Virus record (IMG/VR): IMGVR_UViG_3300025530_000411
Reading direction: 5' to 3' (one strand)
Length of the DNA stretch: 49,342 nt
DNA from: a virus
Lineage: Duplodnaviria > Heunggongvirae > Uroviricota > Caudoviricetes
Shown here: positions 8,162 through 17,997 of the stretch, piece by piece
Numbering within the stretch: the stretch's first letter is position 1
Layout of the letters: each line of letters opens with the position of its first letter
Program-made: the position numbers and the translations under genes
Notes under the pieces: model-generated
The model's database searches: none
Seen by the model: only the letters and a program-made list of their open reading frames with translations
Told to the model about the DNA's origin: nothing

Positions 8162-8725
8162 ATGTGTGCTGTATGCATACCGTCTGTAACGGTAATTGGA
8201 AACACGATGAAGTTCAGTTTTCCCAATCGTTGCGTCCGATCGATGCCCAGTCCGTCCGTGAAAAATACGGATCTCGTCATTCCGGGCCCTCGTGAAGACT
8301 GCAGCGAAATGTCGGATGAAGAACTTCGGCAACTTTTGGCATCGCTCAAGGTATCGCGAAGGGAACGGAGGGCCATCAGGCGAAAACTCGCTGAAATTCG
8401 CGGCGAAAAGCAAAACAAGACCTACAAGGTGTTGGAAGTTGTGGCATGCGTGGCGAGCGTCTTGTTTTTTATTCCTTCGTTTGCGTATGCGGCACCCAGC
8501 TTCAGCGTGGAAAGGGCATTCTCGCCGCTTATTGAACTCATCCGAGACATTGCGAATCCCATCTGCTACGTGATGTTCATCATCGGCTTCATTTACGTGA
8601 TGATCGGCAGAGCGCACGAAGGATTCCGCCGCATGCAATACGCAGCTTTCGGCTACATCGGCGTACAACTCGCACCGGGACTTATGAAGATCATCAAGCA
8701 GGTCGGTTCGTCCATGGCTTTGTGA
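8162..8725 (+). CDS. membrane protein with a TrbC/VirB2 pilin-like C-terminal half
   Basis: Signal/TM segment ending AYAA, then FSPLIELIRDIANPICYVMFIIGFIYVMIG...AAFGYIGVQLAP, a two-helix pilin-like hairpin. RBS AAGGAGG. Confidence 0.6.
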   Translation: MCAVCIPSVTVIGNTMKFSFPNRCVRSMPSPSVKNTDLVIPGPREDCSEMSDEELRQLLASLKVSRRERRAIRRKLAEIRGEKQNKTYKVLEVVACVASVLFFIPSFAYAAPSFSVERAFSPLIELIRDIANPICYVMFIIGFIYVMIGRAHEGFRRMQYAAFGYIGVQLAPGLMKIIKQVGSSMAL

Positions 8726-8750
8726 AGCACATCATGAGGAGGAAACAATC

Positions 8751-8846
8751 ATGAAAGCCAAACATTTCAAACTGATTCTGTCCGTTCTTGCTTTTCTTTC
8801 CATCAGCATCAACATGGTACAGAATATCGTCAGCCTGTTCGTCTGA
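8751..8846 (+). CDS. 31-aa hydrophobic peptide (below the ORF-track cutoff)
   Basis: GAGGAGG RBS then MKAKHFKLILSVLAFLSISINMVQNIVSLFV*, located inside the operon. Confidence 0.55.
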   Translation: MKAKHFKLILSVLAFLSISINMVQNIVSLFV

Positions 8847-8891
8847 TAGGCACCCACTCTGCAACATGAACTTTCGGACAAGGAAGGAAGG

Positions 8892-11438
8892 GTGTTCATG
8901 CAAACAGCCAGACTGAAATTCGGAACAACGTCTCTGTTCCGAGTAGAGAAACCGGACCAGGTGTGTCTCAGCATAAGTCCCGACAAGTTTGTGAAGAATG
9001 ATAAAACCCTCATTCTCGTTACGTCCTTGTATGACACTTATACGGCACCCATACACCGCATCAAATTCAGACGCGGCATCGAATACAAGAAGAAGCACGT
9101 ACCCGTTTGGGAGATCATCATGGACGAAGAAAAGATCAAATTCAACTTGTATACGGACATGGACTTCTTGAACTACGTGAAAGGAAAGCTTGCCACAACG
9201 TGGCCTGATGCCGCCGTTTCCATAACGGAAGAACGAGAAACGTTCGACGAATCGAAAACGCAATGCGCCTATATGCAACTCATGGAACACCACATGCTCA
9301 GCCTCGATACCAACCAGAAGACGGAAAACAACTTCGTGGAATCCGTGCTCAACGTACACGGATTGTTGAAAGACGGCGATCGGGCGGTGTTGCAGATCGT
9401 TCTCGACCCTGCTTCCGACGAATGGCAACAAGAATGCGACAACTTGTTTGAAGAATACAAAAACACGGGGTATTTACCCGTGAAGCTTCTCGTTGACCCG
9501 AAACGCACCTTCAAAAAGAGCGTGGAAACCGTACTTGACTTTACCGTACAGTCGATAGAAGGATTCATAGACAGTTTGGCATCGTCGGACCGTATGTATG
9601 CCACAAAGAAAAAGAGTGTGAGACAGCTTTCTCAATCCACGCTGTTCAAGACGACCAACCACGCTTTCTGGACGCAGATACGGATAGGTTGCGAATCCTC
9701 TGACAAGTCGCGCGCGAAACATATTCTGAAATCCATCGCCAATTCCTTCCGGGAACTCGACGGCGACAACAAGCTCATCATGACCCTTCCACGCGACAAC
9801 AAACGCATGGTGAAGTGCATCAACGAAAGATCCAACGAGTGGGGCAAAGAACAGAAATGTCTTCTGTCCGTGAAAGAAGTGAACAAAATGATCGCACTCC
9901 CTTCGCCGGACTTACAGAAGATGCACCCTGCCGTACAAAGCCTGCAGTACAGGGAAACGGACATTCCGGACGATCTCGTACGTTCTGGAATCGTCATTGG
10001 GGAAGTCACCAGGAAGGGAAAAAGACAAAAAATATACTACCCCACGGACAATTTGGACATACTTTGCCTTCCCCGTGTAGTCATTGGTCAGATGGGTTCC
10101 GGAAAGTCCAGTTATGCAAGCACGTTCGCTCGTTCCGCATTCTACGACAACAACTTCAACGTCATAGCTATTGACGTTGCCGACGGTCGCATGTGCAACC
10201 AAATCCGCGATTCCATTCCTCCCGATCGGAAGAATGACATCGTGGAACTTGACTTCGGTCAACTTTCTTATCCGATCGGTCTCGTATGGAACGAAGCGCT
10301 GGATTCCATGAACAATTCTGGGAACCGTCTTACGGCAGAACTTCTATCCTTCATGGAGAAGATTACGGGTCAGTTTGGACCGCAAATGCGCAGGTGGATG
10401 AAGAAAGCGGCGCAAGCGGTATATGAAGACAAAAATTCGACCATTCTCGACGTCATTCTAATGCTCGTAGACGAGGAATACAGGGTAAGGAAGATACCGA
10501 CCATTAAAAACGTGGCGGTCAAACAGGCTTGGATGCAGTTCCAAACCTTCAACGAAAGACAGCAACAGCTTATCGTGAGTCCGGTACTCAACCGTCTTGA
10601 CTATCTGCTTGACGATGACAACATGAAAAACATTTTGTGTCAAATTCCCAGGAAAGATGCCAAAGGGAACTTCATGCTCGATTTCCGAAAGCTGATCAAT
10701 CAGGATTTGAAATCGGACTACAAGAGCAAGTGCATACTCATCAAGGTTCCCGTGGCTGAACTTGGGGAAGCGGCCACCGACGCCATCGTAGCTTTCATCA
10801 TTTCCAAGATTTGGCTGACCGTACAGACGAGGGACAGAAACCGCGTGATCGAACACGGGGTGCCTACGTTCCTACTCATGGATGAACCGCACCAATTTAT
10901 GTCGTCCGTGGAAAATTGGAAGCGTATGGTCGTCGAATCCCGCAAATGGCGGCTCGGTCTCGTATGGTTCTTCCATACGTGGGAACAAATTCGAGACAAG
11001 TCGAAGGAACTTGCGAAGACGATAAAGTCGGCAGGTATCCACTACATTTTATATAACAGTTCGAAAGACACGTGGAAGGAACTGCAGGAAGAAATCGCAC
11101 CCTACACCATCGCCGAAGCATTGGAACTTCCCAGATACCACGCATTCGTCATTACGCACACCAAAGAGGGACCAGTTCCTCCGATGCTCGTAAAGATCGA
11201 ACCGCCAGTTGACATGTTGTATCCGAAATACGACAATTCGGACATTGCAGAAAAGTGTCTCAAAATGTATTCCCGCCCGATTCGAGAAGTGGAGTACGAA
11301 ATTACGAAGAAGGAACTGTCCCTGCTCGGCATAGATCCGACACGAATAGCAGACGATATTCCCATAATCGACGACGGCAAAATCGTCAAAGGAGCAACCA
11401 TGAACGTTGCGAGCAGAAGGGAAGACGATGAACCATGA
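8892..11438 (+). CDS. VirB4/VirD4/HerA-like P-loop ATPase
   Basis: Walker A GQMGSGKS, IDVADG, Walker B LLMDEPHQF and SRKWRLGL. The 848-aa architecture is typical of conjugative coupling/VirB4-like ATPases. Confidence 0.8.
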   Translation: MFMQTARLKFGTTSLFRVEKPDQVCLSISPDKFVKNDKTLILVTSLYDTYTAPIHRIKFRRGIEYKKKHVPVWEIIMDEEKIKFNLYTDMDFLNYVKGKLATTWPDAAVSITEERETFDESKTQCAYMQLMEHHMLSLDTNQKTENNFVESVLNVHGLLKDGDRAVLQIVLDPASDEWQQECDNLFEEYKNTGYLPVKLLVDPKRTFKKSVETVLDFTVQSIEGFIDSLASSDRMYATKKKSVRQLSQSTLFKTTNHAFWTQIRIGCESSDKSRAKHILKSIANSFRELDGDNKLIMTLPRDNKRMVKCINERSNEWGKEQKCLLSVKEVNKMIALPSPDLQKMHPAVQSLQYRETDIPDDLVRSGIVIGEVTRKGKRQKIYYPTDNLDILCLPRVVIGQMGSGKSSYASTFARSAFYDNNFNVIAIDVADGRMCNQIRDSIPPDRKNDIVELDFGQLSYPIGLVWNEALDSMNNSGNRLTAELLSFMEKITGQFGPQMRRWMKKAAQAVYEDKNSTILDVILMLVDEEYRVRKIPTIKNVAVKQAWMQFQTFNERQQQLIVSPVLNRLDYLLDDDNMKNILCQIPRKDAKGNFMLDFRKLINQDLKSDYKSKCILIKVPVAELGEAATDAIVAFIISKIWLTVQTRDRNRVIEHGVPTFLLMDEPHQFMSSVENWKRMVVESRKWRLGLVWFFHTWEQIRDKSKELAKTIKSAGIHYILYNSSKDTWKELQEEIAPYTIAEALELPRYHAFVITHTKEGPVPPMLVKIEPPVDMLYPKYDNSDIAEKCLKMYSRPIREVEYEITKKELSLLGIDPTRIADDIPIIDDGKIVKGATMNVASRREDDEP

Positions 11439-11785
11439 TGACGAGAGCCTACACCATACGATTTACGAACCAATTAACTGACCGAATGACCGACCAAGTT
11501 GACGATCGACTGATCATATACGGTCCGTTGGACGGATTGAAGGAACAGATTTCCGAACAAGTCCACGAAATGGCGGCATCCGTGTACATGGCTATAAAGC
11601 AACTCTTCGTCGATTTGATGTATTTCATTTTCGTAGATGTGGCGGGACAACTCAGCCACGTACTCGTGCTCCTTTCACTTCTTGCCGTGGCACTCGGAGC
11701 GACGAAGTTTGCTTCCAAATCGTTCAAATGGGGGCTGATTACGTTCATCATCTCCCTCTTGGCAAGCTTCGGATGGGGTGGCTGA
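11435..11785 (+). CDS. small membrane protein (2-3 TM)
   Basis: ATGA overlap with the ATPase stop; hydrophobic C-terminal half. Confidence 0.65.
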   Translation: MMTRAYTIRFTNQLTDRMTDQVDDRLIIYGPLDGLKEQISEQVHEMAASVYMAIKQLFVDLMYFIFVDVAGQLSHVLVLLSLLAVALGATKFASKSFKWGLITFIISLLASFGWGG

Positions 11786-11825
11786 TACGTGGTGAAACAG
11801 CATGGAAAGACAGCGAGGTGCATAT

Positions 11826-12704
11826 ATGAATATACAAAACGATCGCAAGGAAGGTGTAACACTTTCTGCCAAGACGGTCATGGAAATTGCGTCAAAACGG
11901 CTTACCGAGAGGGATATGCTTTTGCTTGAAATTCTCAGAAAGCACAGATTTGCCAGTCGGGATCATCTGCTCGAACTTGTCGGCATGAAAAATCTGAAAC
12001 AGGGAAAGGTTATCCTCAACAAGAGACTCAAATTTCTCTACGACAATCATTTTGTCGATCGTGCTGCAGCATACGTGGGACCCAACTGTTCCAAACCAAC
12101 CCTCATATATTCGCTTGACAGGGCATACAGGTTTATAGCGGGGAAGAAGTCGTGGAAAAAGTGCATAAAACACATCAAAATGGCGGATGGCACAATAAGC
12201 AAGAGACTCCCGATAACATATATGCACAACTTGGTCATAAACGACGTGGTGTGTATAATGAAGAGAACTGCGGAAGATGCCGGATGGGATATGGTCCATG
12301 TGGGCATAGAAGAAGAAAATTTTATGCCCATCGCCTATAAAAAGAAGTCGGGGATAGTGCCAGATGTTGTGGCGATTTTTGCGGACATAAAATTTGGGAA
12401 TATTTTTTCCCTATTTCTGGAGGTAGATTTGGGGAATGAAGGAAAGGAATTGATAAAATCGAAGATAAAGCATTACTATATGTTGAAGACCTACAGGACG
12501 TGGATAGATGCTTCGTGGTACAAACAGCACGTGGCTTCCCACTCGCCATCCGCCATTGTATTTCCTCATCTGACGTTTCTCGTGGGCAATTCCAATTCTG
12601 CCAGACACAAGATGATCAAGGACGCCCTTGACGAATGGAATCTGAATTCCTCCGTCATGTCTCTCCCCAATTTCGAGTCCTGGCTCAGAAGTCAAATGCT
12701 GTAG
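11826..12704 (+). CDS. replication-relaxation (Replic_Relax) family protein
   Basis: LTERDMLLLEIL.KHRF...LNKRLKFL winged helix, then HNLVINDV, PDVV and FLEVDLGNE...KIKHYY, the family pattern. RBS GAGGTG before ATG 11826. Confidence 0.8.
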   Translation: MNIQNDRKEGVTLSAKTVMEIASKRLTERDMLLLEILRKHRFASRDHLLELVGMKNLKQGKVILNKRLKFLYDNHFVDRAAAYVGPNCSKPTLIYSLDRAYRFIAGKKSWKKCIKHIKMADGTISKRLPITYMHNLVINDVVCIMKRTAEDAGWDMVHVGIEEENFMPIAYKKKSGIVPDVVAIFADIKFGNIFSLFLEVDLGNEGKELIKSKIKHYYMLKTYRTWIDASWYKQHVASHSPSAIVFPHLTFLVGNSNSARHKMIKDALDEWNLNSSVMSLPNFESWLRSQML

Positions 12705-13119
12705 CATGCTTTTCCCGCAGCTTCTTCTCTGCCAGGGCTTGCACCTTTTTATATTCCCCGAACGTTCCACGTATTTTCCAATAGAGTTTTACGTGATTGA
12801 TTTTCACATCAAAGCTGCTCGGAAATTCCCCGCCGTATTCTTTTTCCGCCAGATTGGCGAGTTGTTCGACTACGTCGTCTTTATCTTCCTGAAGAGCAGC
12901 ATCCATCTTGCCGATGGCGATTATTGCCACCTGTCTGGCCCTCTCTCTTGATATGCCAAGTTCTTCTGCAATCGCATTCAGCGATTTTATTTCGACACCT
13001 TCGAATCCGGTCAGATGTCGAATGACCGTGCGTTCTCTCGCATTCAAGGTACGAAACTTTTCTTTTACCTTCTGCATGTCGATAGATTCCATCGAAATTC
13101 CCAGACCGCTTATTTGCAA
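12685..13119 (-). CDS. sigma-70 region-4 HTH domain protein (no region 2)
   Basis: LNARERTVI...SLNAIAEELGISRERARQV...AIGKM; RBS AAGGAGGTG before TTG. Confidence 0.8.
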   Translation of the reverse strand: MQISGLGISMESIDMQKVKEKFRTLNARERTVIRHLTGFEGVEIKSLNAIAEELGISRERARQVAIIAIGKMDAALQEDKDDVVEQLANLAEKEYGGEFPSSFDVKINHVKLYWKIRGTFGEYKKVQALAEKKLREKHATAFDF

Positions 13120-13294
13120 GATCGGGTCACCTCCTTCTCAAATTCTTGACTGCGAACACATATGTATATGATCAGTTATTTTTATTATATCACATACATG
13201 TATGTATATGTCAATTTCCGACAGTGACATCTTGTGGCAATCGTCTTTGTCATAAAGAACAAATCCTTGCACGGAAAGGTTCCCGACACCTGTA

Positions 13295-13324
13295 TTGACG
13301 TTTTGTACAAGTTCATGGTACAAT
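13295..13324 (+). promoter_or_regulatory. sigma-A-type promoter of the SNF2-DinG pair
   Basis: TTGACG-N18-TACAAT with TG extension. Confidence 0.65.
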
Positions 13325-13368
13325 AATGTCATGACGTTGTGTACGTTGCTGGCAAGGAGGTTAAAGAA

Positions 13369-15489
13369 TTGGCACGAATCACGTTTGACTTGGACAAAAA
13401 TGGTAAGCCAGTTAAGATAAATTTGTACTGCGATTTCACTGAAAACAGTTTGGCGAAAAGCATACCTGGGTATTACTTCAGCAAGTTGAAATCGGCTTGG
13501 ACGTATCCATTCAGCCTCACCACGTTTGAAGAAATACAGACCAAATTCCCGGAATCTGCAGATGAAGAAACCCTCGCCATTGTGCAGAAAATCTATGCAG
13601 AAAATGAAGCCATTGAAAACCTTAAAAACATGGAAGACGTGGAACTGAAATCGAACCTCTCCAAACATCTCGCAAATTATCAGAGGGTAGCAGTAAAACT
13701 GATGAAGGAAATCCCCAACCCTCTTCTTGCCGATGACATGGGACTTGGAAAGACGTTGGAATCTATATGTCTCTGCGAAGAACTCAACGAAGGCGCAAGC
13801 TATGAAGACCTCGCCGTCCTCGTCGTATGCCCCAACACGCTGAAATGGACATGGGCGGCGGAAATCGAACTATGGAAGAGCATGGCCGGCACTTGGAAAG
13901 ACGGGTGCGTACAAGTTATCGACGGCACGCCCAAAAAGAAAGAAAAGCTGTGGGAAAATCCCGGCAAATACACGATCATCAACTACGAATCGTTGCCTAC
14001 GGCTCCCCAAGTGTACTTCACGGACGTCGAACGACTCAACCGGCTCATCGAAAGTCGCAATGAGAAACGTGTGAAAGCGGGACTTCCGCCCAAACCGAAA
14101 AGCAAAAAGATATGGGAAGAAGACGTGCCGGACAGGGTGTGGGACGTTCTTATCATCGACGAAGCACACCGCATCAAGAACCGGAAGAGCATGTATACGG
14201 AAGCCGTGAACGCGATACGTGCCAAGAAAATCGTTGCCGTAACCGGTACGCCGTTCATGAACCAAGTGGACGAACTTTGGTCCATCTTGCACCGTCTCGA
14301 CCCAGTGAAATATTCCTCCTATTGGACTTTCGTGGACAAGTTCTGCCAAGTTCAAGAAACGCCTTTCGGCAAGAAGATAATCGGTGCGAAGGATATGGAA
14401 GCCCTGAAAAAGGAACTTGCACCGATCATGATTCGACGCATGAAGGAAGAACTCATCGCCGATTTGCCGGACAAGTCCTATCAGAGAATTATGGTAGAAA
14501 TGACCCCGGTTCAAAAACGGCTGTACAACGAAATGAAAAACAATCTCGTCGCTTGTTACATGAAACCCATTATGAACGTCAAACCGGACGATCTGCTCGA
14601 CCAAATACGGCAAAATCGTCTGGCAGAAAAGAGCATCATCCATTTCGACACAGACGGGGATGTACTGCAAGCAGAACTGTTTGTCGAACGGCTGAAACAA
14701 TTGGGCGAACCTTTCCAGATGTATCGCATCGAAGACTACGACTTGGAAAAATACAAACCGAAAAACGAAGACGCAGAAGGCAAGAAAGCCATGTACAATT
14801 GCATGGTTGAAATCCTGCATGATTTCCGCGACCGTGCAGAACGTGTGGCTATGATCGTCGCACCGTCGGAACCGTTCAAAAAGGCCATGGACGAAGTGGG
14901 CAATCTATCGGCTTCTACTCTCCTTGCACAGACTACGCGTCTGCGTCAGATTGCCATTTCTGCAGGTCTGCTCATGAACGACATAAATGCTGACGCACCC
15001 AAACTCGACACTTTGTGCGATATCTTGCCCGAATACCTTGCAGACGGCAAGAAGGCAGTTGTTATGTCGCAGTTTGCGACAGCACTCGACATGTTCAAGC
15101 CCAGACTTGACGCCATGGGAATCCGCTACGTGGAAATCACGGGTTCCGTTCCTATCCCGGAACGTCAAGAAATCGTCAAGAAGTTCCAGACTGACGACAG
15201 CATCAAGCTTTTCCTCGGCACCATTCGGGCGGCCGGTGTAGGACTTACGCTGACTCGGGCTTCCACTATCTTCTTCCTCGATCGCGAGTGGAATCCGGCC
15301 CTCAACGAGCAGGCGGAAGACAGACTCCACCGTACTGGACAGAAAAATAACGTGTTGGTCGTGGACCTTATAGCAAAAAATACGGTTGAGTCCTACGTTT
15401 GGAAGCTCCTGCGCAAGAAAAAAGACCTGTTTGATGAAGTCATCAATGCGCGGAAAATCATCGAAGCCTTGCAAAGCACGGACGCCTGA
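13369..15489 (+). CDS. SNF2-family (SF2) helicase/translocase
   Basis: LLADDMGLGKT, LIIDEAHRIKN, TGTPFMN, GVGLTLT and WNPALNEQAEDRLHRTGQ. Start set at TTG 13369 after AAGGAGG. Confidence 0.92.
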   Translation: MARITFDLDKNGKPVKINLYCDFTENSLAKSIPGYYFSKLKSAWTYPFSLTTFEEIQTKFPESADEETLAIVQKIYAENEAIENLKNMEDVELKSNLSKHLANYQRVAVKLMKEIPNPLLADDMGLGKTLESICLCEELNEGASYEDLAVLVVCPNTLKWTWAAEIELWKSMAGTWKDGCVQVIDGTPKKKEKLWENPGKYTIINYESLPTAPQVYFTDVERLNRLIESRNEKRVKAGLPPKPKSKKIWEEDVPDRVWDVLIIDEAHRIKNRKSMYTEAVNAIRAKKIVAVTGTPFMNQVDELWSILHRLDPVKYSSYWTFVDKFCQVQETPFGKKIIGAKDMEALKKELAPIMIRRMKEELIADLPDKSYQRIMVEMTPVQKRLYNEMKNNLVACYMKPIMNVKPDDLLDQIRQNRLAEKSIIHFDTDGDVLQAELFVERLKQLGEPFQMYRIEDYDLEKYKPKNEDAEGKKAMYNCMVEILHDFRDRAERVAMIVAPSEPFKKAMDEVGNLSASTLLAQTTRLRQIAISAGLLMNDINADAPKLDTLCDILPEYLADGKKAVVMSQFATALDMFKPRLDAMGIRYVEITGSVPIPERQEIVKKFQTDDSIKLFLGTIRAAGVGLTLTRASTIFFLDREWNPALNEQAEDRLHRTGQKNNVLVVDLIAKNTVESYVWKLLRKKKDLFDEVINARKIIEALQSTDA

Positions 15490-15542
15490 TCGGTACGACG
15501 GACATAACAGACTGCAAGTTGCGGAAGGAGGACGAAACGTAC

Positions 15543-17582
15543 ATGGCACACTTTGGCGACGAATTGGACGGTTTCCTAAAAGTCCATCAGACATTCTCCC
15601 AGACACTGCCAGAAGCAAACCCGAAATACAACGTGAGATCGACGCAAATTCAGATGGCATCCACCGTGTATTCCAACTTCGCCAACGGACAACACGCATT
15701 TATAGAAGCCAAGACCGGCGTGGGCAAATCCAACGGCTATCTCGTGCCCATATTGCTCGGCATGGATGTGAATGATGGTGAACCCATAATCATATCTACA
15801 GCTACGAAGGTTTTGCAAGATCAACTTGCCCGCGACATTCCGCAACTTTTGCAGGACCTCGGACTTTCCAACATCAAATATGCCATCCTCAAGGGAAAGA
15901 GCAACTATCTGTGTCCGTACAAGTACGAAAAGGCGTATGCAGAAGGACGTATTTCGTATTTTTTGTATCTTCAATGCAAGTCGAGTAAGGAAGTGGAGGA
16001 TCTTCGGATTCCTCTTGTACAAGCGGACGTCGTAAGGTTCGTCAATGCGGACGACGATTGTCTGGGGAGAAGGTGTCCGAGAGCCGAAAACTGTCCCATG
16101 CTCGCTGCGAGACGGAAAGCGAAAACTGCTAACCTCATTGTCACCAATCACCACGTGGTGATGTACGACATCAGGTATCCGAAAGCTCGGATTCTGCCTT
16201 CATACAAGTACATTGTGTTCGACGAAGGTCATTCGATGCCAGAAGTTCTTGCCAACGTTTATACAAGGCAGGTGTCCCAAAGGGCAGTAAACGATCTCAT
16301 CAAAGAAACGCGAAATCACATCGAATATGTGGGGCACTATGGTGCGAACTACGTACGGCATTTGCTCGACGAATTGGAAGATCTGACGCATAAAGTCTTT
16401 TCCTCGGCAAAGCCAAAGTCTCTTATCCAAGTAGACGGCATGGGACCGGATACAAGTGCACCTTTTCTCGTTGACAAAAATGCTTATGATAAACAGTCGG
16501 CCGCGCATATGGCAGAAATTTGCGAAAGCATCGTGACGGATTCGAATGGCGATCCAAACAGATTGGTGGGGTTATTTTGGGGTAAATCGGAAGAGGATTC
16601 CGATGCAGAAGGCGTAGCCGTGGCATACAAACTGACAGACAAATTCATCACCTTGAAACAAGACCTAGAATTCATCAATAAAATGCATAATCACTTCGCT
16701 TTCTGGGCAGAAGTGAAGACGCCGAAAAGAAAGACGTCAAAACCGTACACGATTCTCAACTACACTCCGATAGACGTGGGTTCCCTGTATCAGTCGAAGT
16801 TTGGTCGGAAATCCGTCGTAATCACTTCCGCCACGCTTGGCATAGGTGGCAGGGCAAGTTATTTCCAATCCATTCTCGGATTCGACCCGAAACAATATGA
16901 ATCCAGCTTTACTTGCTTCGATTCACCTTTCGATTACGATGCAAACGTTCGGGTGTACATTCCGGGACACATACCGAATCCGAATGAAGAAGAATTCTTC
17001 GACAAAGCATGCGAGGAAATGGAAAAACTTATCCGCATGACGCAGGGCAGAACACTTGTACTCTGCACAAGCATCAATTCCATGAAGAACTTCTACGAAC
17101 GCATGCGGAACAGGGTACCGTACACATGTCTGATGCAAGGCGAAGGATCTCTGCAAGAAGTTCTCCGTACCTTCCGGGAGGACGAACACAGCATCTTGTT
17201 CGGAACGAAGTCCATGTGGGAAGGCATAGATGTTCCCGGCATGTCCCTCGCATCTGTGATATTGGACAAGTTGCCGTTCCCGAATCAAAGCAATCCAATT
17301 GTGAAAGCTACTTGCGAATACCATGAAGCCAACTTCCGAAATGCTTTTAGGGTATACAGTATTCCGGAAGCCGTCATGCAGTTCAAACAGGGCGTAGGAC
17401 GTCTTATTCGCAACGAAAAGGACTTCGGAATAATAACTATTCTGGATGCCAGGATTCGCACGGCAACGTACGGCGAATACTTTATGGATGCACTGCCCAC
17501 GAAGAACGTTATATACACCTTGGCAGAATTGGAAGACTGGTGGAAATCAAAGACGTCACAGATGTCAAAATCTACCATATAA
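15543..17582 (+). CDS. dinG: DinG/YoaA-family Fe-S helicase
   Basis: EAKTGVGKS, GKSNYLC, C-x4-C-x5-C Fe-S cysteines, VFDEGH, TSATLG, WEGIDVPG, KLPFP and FKQGVGRLIR. Confidence 0.9.
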   Translation: MAHFGDELDGFLKVHQTFSQTLPEANPKYNVRSTQIQMASTVYSNFANGQHAFIEAKTGVGKSNGYLVPILLGMDVNDGEPIIISTATKVLQDQLARDIPQLLQDLGLSNIKYAILKGKSNYLCPYKYEKAYAEGRISYFLYLQCKSSKEVEDLRIPLVQADVVRFVNADDDCLGRRCPRAENCPMLAARRKAKTANLIVTNHHVVMYDIRYPKARILPSYKYIVFDEGHSMPEVLANVYTRQVSQRAVNDLIKETRNHIEYVGHYGANYVRHLLDELEDLTHKVFSSAKPKSLIQVDGMGPDTSAPFLVDKNAYDKQSAAHMAEICESIVTDSNGDPNRLVGLFWGKSEEDSDAEGVAVAYKLTDKFITLKQDLEFINKMHNHFAFWAEVKTPKRKTSKPYTILNYTPIDVGSLYQSKFGRKSVVITSATLGIGGRASYFQSILGFDPKQYESSFTCFDSPFDYDANVRVYIPGHIPNPNEEEFFDKACEEMEKLIRMTQGRTLVLCTSINSMKNFYERMRNRVPYTCLMQGEGSLQEVLRTFREDEHSILFGTKSMWEGIDVPGMSLASVILDKLPFPNQSNPIVKATCEYHEANFRNAFRVYSIPEAVMQFKQGVGRLIRNEKDFGIITILDARIRTATYGEYFMDALPTKNVIYTLAELEDWWKSKTSQMSKSTI

Positions 17583-17651
17583 TGATTGAATGCAACGAAT
17601 CTTCCGTGTTATAATCAAAATATCCAATACTACACTTGTGGGAGGAACGAT

Positions 17652-17927
17652 ATGTCCAACACCAGCAGAACCAAGATCGACATCAAAAAAGTCACGACAA
17701 ACAAAAATGGCATTATCACGGTAGAAGGCACGGCATACGGGGAAGGCAAAGATGCCAAAGTTGATTTCAGCGGCAAATTCAATGCCAAAGACAATGAATG
17801 GGAATCGTTCTCTTCGAAAACGGTGGACCCAAGTTCCATCCGATCCACTCCGACACATGAACTTTCGGACGTCGTGAAGGACATCGCAAAGCAGGTGTAC
17901 GAACTCGTACACGAAAACGAATGGTGA
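17652..17927 (+). CDS. hypothetical protein
   Basis: GGAGG RBS before ATG 17652; followed by the hairpin at 17928-17970. Confidence 0.65.
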   Translation: MSNTSRTKIDIKKVTTNKNGIITVEGTAYGEGKDAKVDFSGKFNAKDNEWESFSSKTVDPSSIRSTPTHELSDVVKDIAKQVYELVHENEW

Positions 17928-17997
17928 AAGTCTGCCCCCCCCCTTTGCCCCAGGCATCGGGGGCAGTCTTATATTGGCTGACGGCGAGGTGGAATTG

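Noticed and set aside
8162-12704. Complete conjugative type IV secretion system
   Set aside because: Only one ATPase, and no VirB6-, VirB8- or VirB1-like genes in or next to the operon.
15543-17582. CasDinG of a type IV CRISPR system
   Set aside because: No csf/cas genes or array nearby. The protein has the ordinary Fe-S DinG/YoaA layout.
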